Origin: a virus
Taxonomy: Duplodnaviria; Caudoviricetes
Direction: 5' to 3' (one strand)
IMG/VR virus record: IMGVR_UViG_3300020294_000011
Coordinates: 1-38,466 of that record
Length of the DNA stretch: 38,466 bases
Positions 28,457 through 36,651 of this stretch are shown one piece after another. How positions within the stretch are numbered: position 1 is the first letter of the stretch; each line of letters begins with the position of its first letter. The notes beneath the pieces are model-generated. The model saw only the letters and a program-made list of their open reading frames with translations, ran no database searches and was not told the DNA's origin. The position numbers and the translations under genes are program-made.

Positions 28457-28951
28457 ATGGGATTTAAACTATCAAAAAGAAGCTTGAGTAAACTAGAGGG
28501 CGTTCATCCTGATCTAGTGAAGGTTGTAAAATCTGCAATTACCTTAACTGAAGTCGTGGACTTCGGTGTGATTTGTGGGATGAGAAATAAAAAAGAGCAG
28601 TTAGCTCTCGTGAAGTCTGGAGCCAGCCAAACGATGAACAGTTTTCACTTGCCTCAAGCCTCAGACGGATACAGTCATGCTGTTGATCTCATGGCATATG
28701 TGTCTGACGGAAACGGCGGGTCAAGAGCGTCTTGGGAATTAAATGTCTATGACGACATCGCAGACGCAATGAAGAAAGCCTGCATCCAGCACGGTGTATC
28801 GGTGACTTGGGGAGCAGCGTGGACAATAAAAAATATAGCCGAGTGGGAAGGCACAATGGAAGAAGCCATGAACTCATATATAGATGCACGGCGAAACGGC
28901 ACACCTAAACGTAGGTGCTTCCTTGACGGCCCACATTTTCAGTTGTCCTGA
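28457..28951 (+). CDS. Endolysin, M15 family L-Ala-D-Glu peptidase
   Basis: F.LS.RS..KLEGVHPDLV, G.R....Q, S.HL......HAVDL, WG..W, DGPHFQL. Confidence 0.9.
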   Translation: MGFKLSKRSLSKLEGVHPDLVKVVKSAITLTEVVDFGVICGMRNKKEQLALVKSGASQTMNSFHLPQASDGYSHAVDLMAYVSDGNGGSRASWELNVYDDIADAMKKACIQHGVSVTWGAAWTIKNIAEWEGTMEEAMNSYIDARRNGTPKRRCFLDGPHFQLS

Positions 28952-29157
28952 TGTGGTTAGCTATACTCATCGTTTGTGGTAACATGCATGCTCAGTCCTG
29001 TATTGTTATCACTGGAAATGATTTTCACACTAGTAAAGAAAAGTGTTTTGAAAAAGCTATAGAAAGTGCAAATACTGCAATCACTTACCCACATGTCTTT
29101 CAAGCTAAACCGTTTTGTCAAATCATCCCTAACACAGAATCAAGTCAGGAGATTTAA
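28951..29157 (+). CDS. Small secreted/lipoprotein-like Cys-containing protein
   Basis: MWLAILIVC signal-like N-terminus, four Cys, TGATG coupling. Confidence 0.55.
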   Translation: MWLAILIVCGNMHAQSCIVITGNDFHTSKEKCFEKAIESANTAITYPHVFQAKPFCQIIPNTESSQEI

Positions 29158-29160
29158 TGG

Positions 29161-29310
29161 TTGGACATATCGGTAAGAGATGCGTTGCTTATCTTAATAA
29201 TCTTCCTTGCCTATGTCACAACTCAAGAGGGATTTAGTTTTGTTTGGACAAATACTCCTATTCTACTCAGCTACCTCAGAGAGAGGTACGTGCCGTATCC
29301 CTTCAACTGA
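29161..29310 (+). CDS. 49-aa membrane peptide (TTG start; MDISVRDALLILIIFLAYVTTQ...) (not in ORF track)
   Basis: AGGAG RBS at 29148-52 and one TM helix. Overlaps the convergent gene end. Confidence 0.4.
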   Translation: MDISVRDALLILIIFLAYVTTQEGFSFVWTNTPILLSYLRERYVPYPFN

Positions 29311-29574
29311 AGCCCTCTCAGAAAACTCACCGCCGATAGCGCCATATCCACAGATGTCTACCCAGGAATCATCCTTGTCTGCGTGGATAAGCCGTGCAGT
29401 TTTCATCGCCACCATACAAAGCACGACATGCTTTACAGTAATTTCTCTCTCAAGAATAACAGACCACATGTCTGCAATTCGTTTATGGTTTACATAAGCA
29501 TCACCATAATCTTCGGCTCTGTCACCGTTAATTAACTCCTTGGCCTCTTGTAAAACTGTATCTCTTTTCTTCAT
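29263..29574 (-). CDS. DUF6378 protein (phage nucleotide-modification-associated)
   Basis: L.EA..LINGDR..DYGD...N..RIA..WS...M...K.AR....DSWVDICGY. Confidence 0.85.
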   Translation of the reverse strand: MKKRDTVLQEAKELINGDRAEDYGDAYVNHKRIADMWSVILEREITVKHVVLCMVAMKTARLIHADKDDSWVDICGYGAIGGEFSERASVEGIRHVPLSEVAE

Positions 29575-30398
29575 GTTTGCCCCTTCTCTCTCGGCTTATA
29601 AACTTTATAATCTTCGCAGGGACTTAACGCTTCTCTGTCGTGAATGTCACAGTGCCATCCTCCGTCTTCACGAGGGAAAGCAAACTTACAAGTTGCACAC
29701 CTGACAGGAACTTCCATTCCTTCCCAGCATACAGCTTTCTTAAAACAAAACCTACAGTTGAAGTTGTCTGGACTGTCACTTATCTTTGTGGCCTCTCCAG
29801 ACATGACCCTCTCTACTTTACTTATCAGAAAAGCATAGTGTATGTCGTCATACTCAACGATCTCCGCACCATATTCTGACGTATTTTTATTGATAGCTAT
29901 AAAGATAGATTCCTTAAATCCACTCATGCCCATCATCATTTGTAACTGGCTATAGTATTTAGGGTGTGCATCTTTCACCCCATTCTTTAAAAACTTTTTG
30001 TGACTTGCATCATTCATGGATTTGATTTCAAGCACACGGACGATCTGGTCGTCTGTCTCAATATGCCCATCCATGTGACAAGACACATGACCGCCATATA
30101 AATCGTAGGCATACTGCTGGCCTGTCATTCCGTCTACTTCCCACACTCTCACGTCTGCGTTCTCTTTCAAATCCTTAACAACTATGTCTTCAAGGAGATG
30201 TCCGAGTGCAAAAATCCTCTGCGTTCTTGGTACTATCTGCGGTTCGGGAAAGCCTCGAAGGGAGAAAGCAAGCGTGGCATCGCAAGGCGCACCAACATTC
30301 GACGCACCTATATATTCTCTGGCTTCTTGCGGTTTCTTTTTCCTGTAGCCAACGTCAATGGCTTCTATAATATCTTCGGCGGTTCTTATTTTTTTCAT
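29571..30398 (-). CDS. Cas4-like PD-(D/E)XK exonuclease
   Basis: YIGAS..G.PC, GH.LE, HMDG, LEIKS, Q.Q..M, C-terminal C..C...C plus an extra Cys cluster. The ATG at 30398 has an AAAGGG RBS. Confidence 0.85.
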   Translation of the reverse strand: MKKIRTAEDIIEAIDVGYRKKKPQEAREYIGASNVGAPCDATLAFSLRGFPEPQIVPRTQRIFALGHLLEDIVVKDLKENADVRVWEVDGMTGQQYAYDLYGGHVSCHMDGHIETDDQIVRVLEIKSMNDASHKKFLKNGVKDAHPKYYSQLQMMMGMSGFKESIFIAINKNTSEYGAEIVEYDDIHYAFLISKVERVMSGEATKISDSPDNFNCRFCFKKAVCWEGMEVPVRCATCKFAFPREDGGWHCDIHDREALSPCEDYKVYKPREKGQT

Positions 30399-30414
30399 TG
30401 TCTGCCCTTTAATA

Positions 30415-30440
30415 GTCTCCCCCTCTGCCAAGGGGGAGAC
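30415..30440 (-). terminator. Perfect 10-bp hairpin just upstream of the exonuclease RBS (attenuator/terminator-like, weak U tract)
   Basis: GTCTCCCCCT-6nt-AGGGGGAGAC, followed by TATT on the - strand. Confidence 0.5.
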
Positions 30441-30456
30441 ATACAAGTTCTCGTAC

Positions 30457-30588
30457 TGGTGGACGATAGGATCACCACAGAAAGGTCATGTAGCTCCTAC
30501 TGCTGTGGTTATTTCCCTAGACCAGTAGGGTTATGACCCGACACTCACAGCTTGTCGTGGCTGGTAGGGGCATTAAAAACCTCCAGCC
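30457..30588 (-). ncRNA. Candidate structured (pseudoknotted) cis-regulatory RNA
   Basis: Multiple abutting perfect stems plus loop-junction complementarity GCTGTG/CACAGC (see findings). Confidence 0.4.
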
Positions 30589-30595
30589 TAACTAA

Positions 30596-31042
30596 TTAAA
30601 ATGGAATTTCGTCGTCTATTGGTGTTGCTTCAACTAAACCATTGGACTTCTCGTATGACTTTACTTCGGGCCACTGAGATCCGTCTTCTCTTTTCTTGCC
30701 AAGACGCACGTTAATGCGAACATTGACGCCTTTTATCTCATCAACGCCACCTGGCTTGTTAGGATCTTTGTGGTCAGACGCTTCAAGCATAGCCTTCAAC
30801 TGGCTCTTTCCGATCTGCACTGCACGGTCAGATTGGTTTACCATGTTGTATCTTTCTCGAATGCTCTTGCCATCACCATCGCTGAATACAACTTCCAGAA
30901 ACTTGCCTTTTCCGTTTTGGGTATCCTTCATCGAGGCATCACTGACAACAACGTCGTGTTCCCCCACTTCAATGTACTTCTGTGGTGGGCCTGTATCTGC
31001 ATCTACGTCGGTTAAATCTAAATCTAATAAATTAAAACTCAT
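30596..31042 (-). CDS. DUF669-type single-stranded DNA-binding protein
   Basis: G.H.V.V.DA..K....KG..L...F and acidic C-terminal DDEIPF. Confidence 0.85.
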   Translation of the reverse strand: MSFNLLDLDLTDVDADTGPPQKYIEVGEHDVVVSDASMKDTQNGKGKFLEVVFSDGDGKSIRERYNMVNQSDRAVQIGKSQLKAMLEASDHKDPNKPGGVDEIKGVNVRINVRLGKKREDGSQWPEVKSYEKSNGLVEATPIDDEIPF

Positions 31043-31821
31043 GCTACTTTCCTCTTTTCAAACTGCTCTTTTGTTTCTGCCATCTTTGCCAGTAGTTCTG
31101 TGACATCGTCACATTCTTCGATTGCTTTTAGTCTTCGTTGTGGGTCACGGCTTTTACCGTGCCACCCATTCACTTCGTCGGTAGCAAACATTCTTCTTAC
31201 TTTTGGGTGACCACCTTCAGTCTTTTCTGTCGTTCTCACGCCACAAAAAACATGGTCAAATATTGCAGGGATCTGTTTCGATACTGCTTGTCCTTTGACA
31301 TGAGGCCAGTATTGGGTCACGCCATTAGCGTCTGCTTCTTCTTTAGCAAGGCAGGTTACAAGGACATGACATGGCAAGTCTCTAATCTTTTTAAGGACGC
31401 CGATCATCTGCGTGGCATACTCACCCCAAATCTTAAAGCCATTCTTTTCACCATCGAATTTTGTTTCGAGGCTTTCAAGAAGTCGGTCTGACATCTCTGT
31501 TAAACTATCAATGGCTATCCATTTGTAGCCTTGAGCCTTCAAAAAATCTGGATGCGTTAGCCATTTAAAGATTTGCATGAAAGAGTATGTACCCTTTTCT
31601 TCATTGCTCTCACCATCCCATGAAAGGAAAGGGATGTACTCAATGTCAGTGTCTTCAATAGATTTAAGTCCAGCTTCACCACTTATGATTAAGCCTTTCC
31701 CAAATTTCTTTTGATAAAACCTACATTGAAATGTTTTGCCCCAACCATGATGTGCGTATAGCAGTGTTTTGGTTGGGCCATCCGACTGGAGGTCAGATGT
31801 CTTACTTGGTCTAAATTTCAT
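31039..31821 (-). CDS. Sak4-like ssDNA annealing ATPase (AAA_24)
   Basis: Walker A YAHHGWGKT, E.GL, WIAIDSLT, .WG, P...G......IP..FD, K.R. Confidence 0.85.
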   Translation of the reverse strand: MKFRPSKTSDLQSDGPTKTLLYAHHGWGKTFQCRFYQKKFGKGLIISGEAGLKSIEDTDIEYIPFLSWDGESNEEKGTYSFMQIFKWLTHPDFLKAQGYKWIAIDSLTEMSDRLLESLETKFDGEKNGFKIWGEYATQMIGVLKKIRDLPCHVLVTCLAKEEADANGVTQYWPHVKGQAVSKQIPAIFDHVFCGVRTTEKTEGGHPKVRRMFATDEVNGWHGKSRDPQRRLKAIEECDDVTELLAKMAETKEQFEKRKVA

Positions 31822-31872
31822 TTTTCCTACTTTCTTTTGCGTTGGTTCTATTTAACGCTTGTTAACCCCTTA

Positions 31873-31900
31873 GTTGTATAGTAGTGATAACAGATGTCAA
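31873..31900 (-). promoter_or_regulatory. Leftward sigma70-like promoter TTGACA-N16-TACAAC for the Sak4 operon
   Basis: Consensus -35 in the divergent intergenic region. A palindrome TTAAC-GCTT-GTTAA lies at 31852-65 just downstream. Confidence 0.45.
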
Positions 31901-31919
31901 CAGGAAAGTGGAGATTATT

Positions 31920-32141
31920 TTGAAAAAGTTGAACATTAAGAAACTAATAGAAGACATGGGTGGGGCAACAAAAGTAGCTAAGATTGCAGGCGTTCAAAGA
32001 ACTGCACCGTATGGTTGGATACGGCAAGGCCACATAAGAAGTACCTTTTTGGAAAAGATGACGACGGCTCACCCTCATTTAAAACTAGATTTATATTTTG
32101 AGGAGAGCAATTATGACAAAGAACTTGGGAGCAGCACTTGA
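31920..32141 (+). CDS. Cro/YdaS-like HTH regulator
   Basis: LIE.MGG.TKVAK.AGV...A.YGW...G.I. TTG start with GGAG RBS. Divergent from the Sak4 operon. Confidence 0.8.
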   Translation: MKKLNIKKLIEDMGGATKVAKIAGVQRTAPYGWIRQGHIRSTFLEKMTTAHPHLKLDLYFEESNYDKELGSST

Positions 32142-34026
32142 ACTTTTAGACCTTGGATGGTCTGTCATTCCGTGTAGACCAGACACAAAAAGACCAAGGA
32201 TTAAATGGAAGGAGTTTCAAAGCAAGCTACCTACCGAAGATCAAGTCACAGACTGGTGGAATAAATTCCCCAATGATCCGATAGCACTTATCACAGGCGA
32301 AATTTCTGGTGTGGTCGTGGTCGATTGTGACAATGAGGAAGCACTTCACGCCGCTTTTGATTGTGGGATGAAGTCACACTTTCGAGCAAAGACAAAGAGA
32401 GGTCATCACCTCTACTTTAAGCACCCGAAGGATGGAATAAGGCGTGGCCCTAAAGCTGGCGTGAATAGTAGAGGGGCAGACTGGCCTCGCATTAATGGCT
32501 TAGACTTCAGAGGTGATGGCTCTTATGCTTTAGTTCCCCCAAGCAAGAACTATAGTTGGGATATTCCACAGGGATTCAGTTTAGAGCCAGACGACTTTCC
32601 AGTGTGGCAAGATTGGACACCCTCTCTTAAACAGGAGAGTGGAGACGAGACATTTAGTTTCAATGACCTAGATCTTTCAGATGTGGTTGCCATGAATCCT
32701 ATTGAGTTTATTTCTGAATGGGATCGCACGGCTCGATATGTACGAGAGACATATCCTTCTACTATGAAAATCCCTACAGGTGTTGGCAATGGTAGGAATG
32801 AACGAGTGATGAAGTATATCTCTGAGCAAATTATTGAAGGGATATTTGGAGCAGATCTCCGAGTGAGAGGCTACGCTTTTATGACCGAATTTTTTGAAGA
32901 GCAACTTCAAGAAGCAGAGTTTGAAGCGACAGTTAGGAGCATGGAGGAAAGTGAAAGACGTAATCATCCAGATAGATTTGATGAGAAGGGTGAGTACATC
33001 TATCGTAAGAAGATTGAAGAGGCCAAGGCAGAAGAGAGTGGCAATGGAAGGCATCGTCGCCTTATCAAAATGTCGGATGCACAAGACCTTGCAGATAAGT
33101 CTGACGCTAGAGAATTTCTTGTAGAACCTTGGCTATCCCCTGCGTCCATTACTCAAGTGTATGGATATAGTGGGCATGGTAAATCATTGTTTGTCCAGAA
33201 TGCTATGGCTTCACTGGCTAGTGGAAGAAAATACTTTGGTTGTTTTGAGATAACAAAACCTTCAAAGGTTTTGTATCTCGACTTCGAGATGGGCATGTCT
33301 ACAATAGCCAGACGTTTACTTGAGATGAAACAGATGCACGGCGACACTCAAGATCGCTTGCAGATCTGGACACCTTTTATAGACAACCATGAGATGAACC
33401 TTCGCACCAAAGAAGGGCTCTTAGAATTACAGGGTTGGGTTGACCATGTGAAGCCAGACGTTGTCGTCGTTGATACAATCAGAACAGCGTATCCTGGGCT
33501 CATGGAAAATAGTGCAGACGAATGGGCTAAAGTTAATCAGCTTGCAGTACGTCTGCGTAATTCTGGCTATGCAGTTATACTCGTACATCACTCCAACAAA
33601 CCAAGTGAGACAGGCGTCGGCAGAGAAGCTGGGTCTACAAATCAGTTGACTGTCTTAGAGACTCAGATCCGTGTGACACAAGTCTATCAGGATGAAGAGA
33701 CGGCAAAACAAAATGCTGCAATATTTGACGGCAGTTATGACAGACCAGTATGGCCTATGCTATCGACGAAACTTTTGCCAGACTTCCAACTGTATATGGT
33801 TATGGAAATTCGTTATGGTAAAGTTCGTGAGTGGACTGATAGCCATGACAGGGTTCAGTGGATTGGTTTAGCATCAAACAATCAGACAGATGAGCGTTGT
33901 ATTGTTTCATCTGCAAGCACTAAACAGAAAGCTAAAGAGATGGCTCTCGATGGTAAAGAACCAGAAGAGATCAGTCGTGCTTTGTCAAAGCCTCTGCGTG
34001 TAATAAATGATTGGCTGGAAGTTTAG
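32113..34026 (+). CDS. Bifunctional primase-polymerase (Prim-Pol) fused to AAA_25/RepA-like SF4 helicase
   Basis: GWSVIP...K.P..KW..FQ, TG..SG.VVVDCD, G.HLYF, DFRG.GSY...PPS, G.GRN, Walker A GYSGHGKS, Walker B VVVVDT, ILVHHSNK. AGGAG RBS before the ATG at 32113. Confidence 0.9.
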   Translation: MTKNLGAALELLDLGWSVIPCRPDTKRPRIKWKEFQSKLPTEDQVTDWWNKFPNDPIALITGEISGVVVVDCDNEEALHAAFDCGMKSHFRAKTKRGHHLYFKHPKDGIRRGPKAGVNSRGADWPRINGLDFRGDGSYALVPPSKNYSWDIPQGFSLEPDDFPVWQDWTPSLKQESGDETFSFNDLDLSDVVAMNPIEFISEWDRTARYVRETYPSTMKIPTGVGNGRNERVMKYISEQIIEGIFGADLRVRGYAFMTEFFEEQLQEAEFEATVRSMEESERRNHPDRFDEKGEYIYRKKIEEAKAEESGNGRHRRLIKMSDAQDLADKSDAREFLVEPWLSPASITQVYGYSGHGKSLFVQNAMASLASGRKYFGCFEITKPSKVLYLDFEMGMSTIARRLLEMKQMHGDTQDRLQIWTPFIDNHEMNLRTKEGLLELQGWVDHVKPDVVVVDTIRTAYPGLMENSADEWAKVNQLAVRLRNSGYAVILVHHSNKPSETGVGREAGSTNQLTVLETQIRVTQVYQDEETAKQNAAIFDGSYDRPVWPMLSTKLLPDFQLYMVMEIRYGKVREWTDSHDRVQWIGLASNNQTDERCIVSSASTKQKAKEMALDGKEPEEISRALSKPLRVINDWLEV

Positions 34027-34043
34027 GCTTCCGCTTGTAGGAC

Positions 34044-34316
34044 TTACCCCCTTTTCGTGGGGGTATGACCTGCTTTGGTCTTCGTGACTGAAGCATTGTC
34101 CGAGCAATCGGATTTATTTTCTTTGGCATTCTCATTGCTCTTCACTCGAAAATATCCCTTCTTGTAAATCTTCTTTACCTTTGCCCCTGGAAACACTTGA
34201 CGTATTTCATCAATCACCTTCGCTATGTCTGGGTATTTGGTACGGTTTTGGTCAATCTCTTTCTGCTGACCGTATGTTCTGTAGGTTTTAAGAACGCCTC
34301 GACTAGCTCGTCTCAT
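34044..34316 (-). CDS. Hypothetical basic protein
   Basis: AGAGGAG RBS upstream. Upstream 9-bp hairpin at 34341-34362 and a TTGACC-N17-TAAGAA promoter-like site at 34390-34418. Confidence 0.55.
   Translation of the reverse strand: MRRASRGVLKTYRTYGQQKEIDQNRTKYPDIAKVIDEIRQVFPGAKVKKIYKKGYFRVKSNENAKENKSDCSDNASVTKTKAGHTPTKRG
34045..34065. terminator. Hairpin between convergent genes
   Basis: TACCCCC-TTTTCGT-GGGGGTA, with no clear U tract. Confidence 0.3.
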
Positions 34317-34509
34317 GTTCGCTCTCTTTCTCCTCTTTGTTCACAGCCCCCAAGGGCTGTGACCACTTCGGCTAAAGTCGCTCTCAGCGTTCTTACACCC
34401 TAGAGACAAAAAGGTCAACCCTCTTTTTAAAAAAAGATACTATCTTAGCGTCTTTTAGAATTGACGAGAATCGTGGATTAGAGTACATGTATAGCACAGG
34501 CCACATAAG

Positions 34510-34821
34510 ATGGAGCAGTCATTGCCAAAACCGATTCAACTCGACGAGAGGGAACTAAACTGGCTCAAAGAAAACCATGAACAAACAACCTACGCATACA
34601 TGGCTGAACGCATTGGCGTGTGTGTTGACACACTCAAGCGCATCCTTGTTCGTGTAGGTCTACAAGAATTTGACGGAGCCAAGTACCAACTCAAGCGTGA
34701 TACAGACACATTGATGTGGTCAAGACCATGTCTCGATTGTCTTGATGAAACACCACGCCCTAAGATGTGGTTCTATTGTCGTTCATGCCGAAAGAAGAGA
34801 GGCTTTGACGACGATGGCTAA
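34510..34821 (+). CDS. HTH + C4 zinc-finger transcription regulator (GcrA-like architecture)
   Basis: E..WLKEN...TT...MAERIGV...TL.R HTH, then C-terminal CLDC...CRSC. Upstream TTGACG-N17-TACATG at 34461-89. Confidence 0.65.
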   Translation: MEQSLPKPIQLDERELNWLKENHEQTTYAYMAERIGVCVDTLKRILVRVGLQEFDGAKYQLKRDTDTLMWSRPCLDCLDETPRPKMWFYCRSCRKKRGFDDDG

Positions 34822-35317
34822 GAAGAACTCCCTTTTCAAGAGAAAAGAAAGAGACTTTTACCCTACAATCGACCCTCAATCAGCAATTTGTATTGCTGAT
34901 TTTATCAAAGGGAAGAAATATTATGAACCCTGTTGTGGAGATGGTAGCCTTATAAACATACTTAGCGAGTATGCTGAATGTGTAGGATCATCTGACTTAG
35001 AGAAAGACGCTAGTCGTCTGGACAGAAGAGACATACTAAATGCAACATTACTCATAACCAACCCCCCATATACTTGGCGTGTCCTTGAGCCTATTCTTTT
35101 CCATCTCCCAACAATACTCCCCACTCTTCTTATGCTCCCATCTGACATGATGCACAACAAGCGAATGTCTGTACACATGAAGCGGTGCAAATCCGTCTGG
35201 TCTATTGGCAGACTTTACTGGCAACCCAATAAGATAAAAGGCTTAGACAATTACTGTTGGTATTTATTTCAAGAGACGACAACCCAAACAACTTTTTATG
35301 GAAGACAGAATGGCTAA
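34814..35317 (+). CDS. Small DNA N6-adenine methyltransferase
   Basis: R..RDFYPT, EPCCGDG (motif I), ITNPPY (motif IV), GRL.W, CWY.F. AGAGG RBS before the ATG at 34814. Confidence 0.85.
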   Translation: MAKKNSLFKRKERDFYPTIDPQSAICIADFIKGKKYYEPCCGDGSLINILSEYAECVGSSDLEKDASRLDRRDILNATLLITNPPYTWRVLEPILFHLPTILPTLLMLPSDMMHNKRMSVHMKRCKSVWSIGRLYWQPNKIKGLDNYCWYLFQETTTQTTFYGRQNG

Positions 35318-35732
35318 CCCACAAAAACAAAAGGGCGACAACTACGAGCGTGAACTTGCGTCCTACATCAACACCCACACTGGCCTTGATTCCTCAAGAG
35401 CCCCTCTCTCAGGCGGCGGCGCAATCGGAATCCTGTCTGGCGGTGCTGACCTGCTCGGTGTCCCTGGCCTCTTCATCGAAGCCAAGCGTGTCGAGCGTCT
35501 GAACTTCCACGACGCAATGCGTCAAGCAGAGCGCAACCGTGAGAGTAGACAAACGCAAGACGTCCCCATTGTCATCAACCGAAAGAACCGAATGGCTACT
35601 GGCAACAGCCTCTGCCTCCTCAGACTGGACGACCTACTGGCCTTTTATAAGGCATACTTGCGACAGGAGGGCTACATTAAGGAAGACAAATGCCAACCTG
35701 TCGAGCTTGTGGAACCTCTCTCAGAGTTCTGA
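35310..35732 (+). CDS. Holliday junction resolvase (Hjc-like PD-(D/E)XK)
   Basis: K.KG..YERE.A, R.PLSGG, ADL, IEAKR.E. Confidence 0.85.
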   Translation: MANPQKQKGDNYERELASYINTHTGLDSSRAPLSGGGAIGILSGGADLLGVPGLFIEAKRVERLNFHDAMRQAERNRESRQTQDVPIVINRKNRMATGNSLCLLRLDDLLAFYKAYLRQEGYIKEDKCQPVELVEPLSEF

Positions 35733-35851
35733 ACGTATTCACTCGACAAAAGAAGTGGAAGAAAATGCAAGAGGCTTGCCCTACATGCTGGCAAGAACAG
35801 TTGAGGAGGCTACAGAAGAATGAAGTCAGAGATCCCAAAGATCGTAAATAA
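35690..35851 (+). CDS. 53-aa zinc-ribbon protein (CRAC...CPTC) (not in ORF track)
   Basis: MPTCRACGTSLRVLNVFTRQKKWKKMQEACPTCWQEQ..., with an AAGGA RBS at 35679-83. Confidence 0.65.
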   Translation: MPTCRACGTSLRVLNVFTRQKKWKKMQEACPTCWQEQLRRLQKNEVRDPKDRK

Positions 35852-36467
35852 ATATTTAGACGACACCGATCCCTCCTCTTCTCCAAGGAGAAGTCGGGAT
35901 AAAAAGAAATCAGAAAAACTAGTACAAAAAGTCTGGGACTGGATTGTCCACACACTCCCCACCCCCTCTGAAGACTACAACCACATGCCACCTTGCCCAT
36001 ACGCTCGTGTTGCTCTGTCTTCAGGCCAAGTTTTGTTCCACACCTCAGACGACATCACGTCTGCCATCGACATCAAGTCAGCAGCCAGTGACTACGGGGA
36101 ACTCCATCACGTTTTGATATGGACAGATCCTTTCTCCATGTCTCCAGATGAAATGATCCAATGGATGCGAGAGCAAAACAAAAATCATTTCGGAATATGG
36201 ATGATGGGCATGCACCCAGATCACCCCGACGCAGAATTATCTGTCTGGGAATCGCTCGGTATGGACGACTGGGGCATCATTCTTGTGCAACAATTACACG
36301 AGCTTGACATGGCTCATCGTGTCTTGCTCAAGACGCAATACTATACTGGCGTCGAGGAAGTCGGAGATCTAGTAGAAAGAAGGATGTGTTCTGATGCGTG
36401 GAATGAAAAAGCAAGTAAAGAAATCGTGCAAGAAATATCGAAAGAAGAAGAAGAGGTAATACACTAA
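35820..36467 (+). CDS. DUF1415-like protein
   Basis: W.WI.........PPCPYA and MHPD motifs resemble the CPFA/FHP motifs of DUF1415. GAGGAGG RBS. Confidence 0.55.
   Translation: MKSEIPKIVNKYLDDTDPSSSPRRSRDKKKSEKLVQKVWDWIVHTLPTPSEDYNHMPPCPYARVALSSGQVLFHTSDDITSAIDIKSAASDYGELHHVLIWTDPFSMSPDEMIQWMREQNKNHFGIWMMGMHPDHPDAELSVWESLGMDDWGIILVQQLHELDMAHRVLLKTQYYTGVEEVGDLVERRMCSDAWNEKASKEIVQEISKEEEEVIH
36394..36459 (+). CDS. 21-aa Lys-rich peptide MRGMKKQVKKSCKKYRKKKKR nested out of frame in the DUF1415-like 3' end
   Basis: AAGGA RBS upstream. Shares its first 16 nt and its AAGAGGTA end with the next ORF. Confidence 0.45.
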   Translation: MRGMKKQVKKSCKKYRKKKKR

Positions 36468-36646
36468 TGCGTGGAATGAAAAGACCAAACCGTGGCGTTG
36501 TGTTTACCCGTACTGGTAACATCATGCCTAATCAAATGCGAATGGGAATGAACCCAAACCCTAGACCTATGTCTAGGCCATCATCAATGTTCGGGCGATC
36601 TTTGGGAGGTCGAAAGCCTATCCTTGGCAGACTAAGAAAGAGGTAG
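36467..36646 (+). CDS. 59-aa Arg/Met/Pro-rich basic peptide (MRGMKRPNRG...GRLRKR) (not in ORF track)
   Basis: GAGGT RBS, TAATG coupling, no acidic residues. Confidence 0.6.
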   Translation: MRGMKRPNRGVVFTRTGNIMPNQMRMGMNPNPRPMSRPSSMFGRSLGGRKPILGRLRKR

Positions 36647-36651
36647 CCCAA

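Noticed and set aside
29571-30398. CRISPR-Cas system suggested by the Cas4-like gene
   Set aside because: No repeat-spacer array or other cas genes are seen, and the context is a standard Sak4/SSB/exonuclease module.
30484-30557. Pistol ribozyme assignment for the pseudoknotted RNA
   Set aside because: The topology is loosely similar, but the A-rich linker after P1 and the conserved residues around the pseudoknot and cleavage site are not evident.
31852-31866. CtrA box
   Set aside because: TTAA-N6-TTAAC, whereas the canonical spacing is N7.
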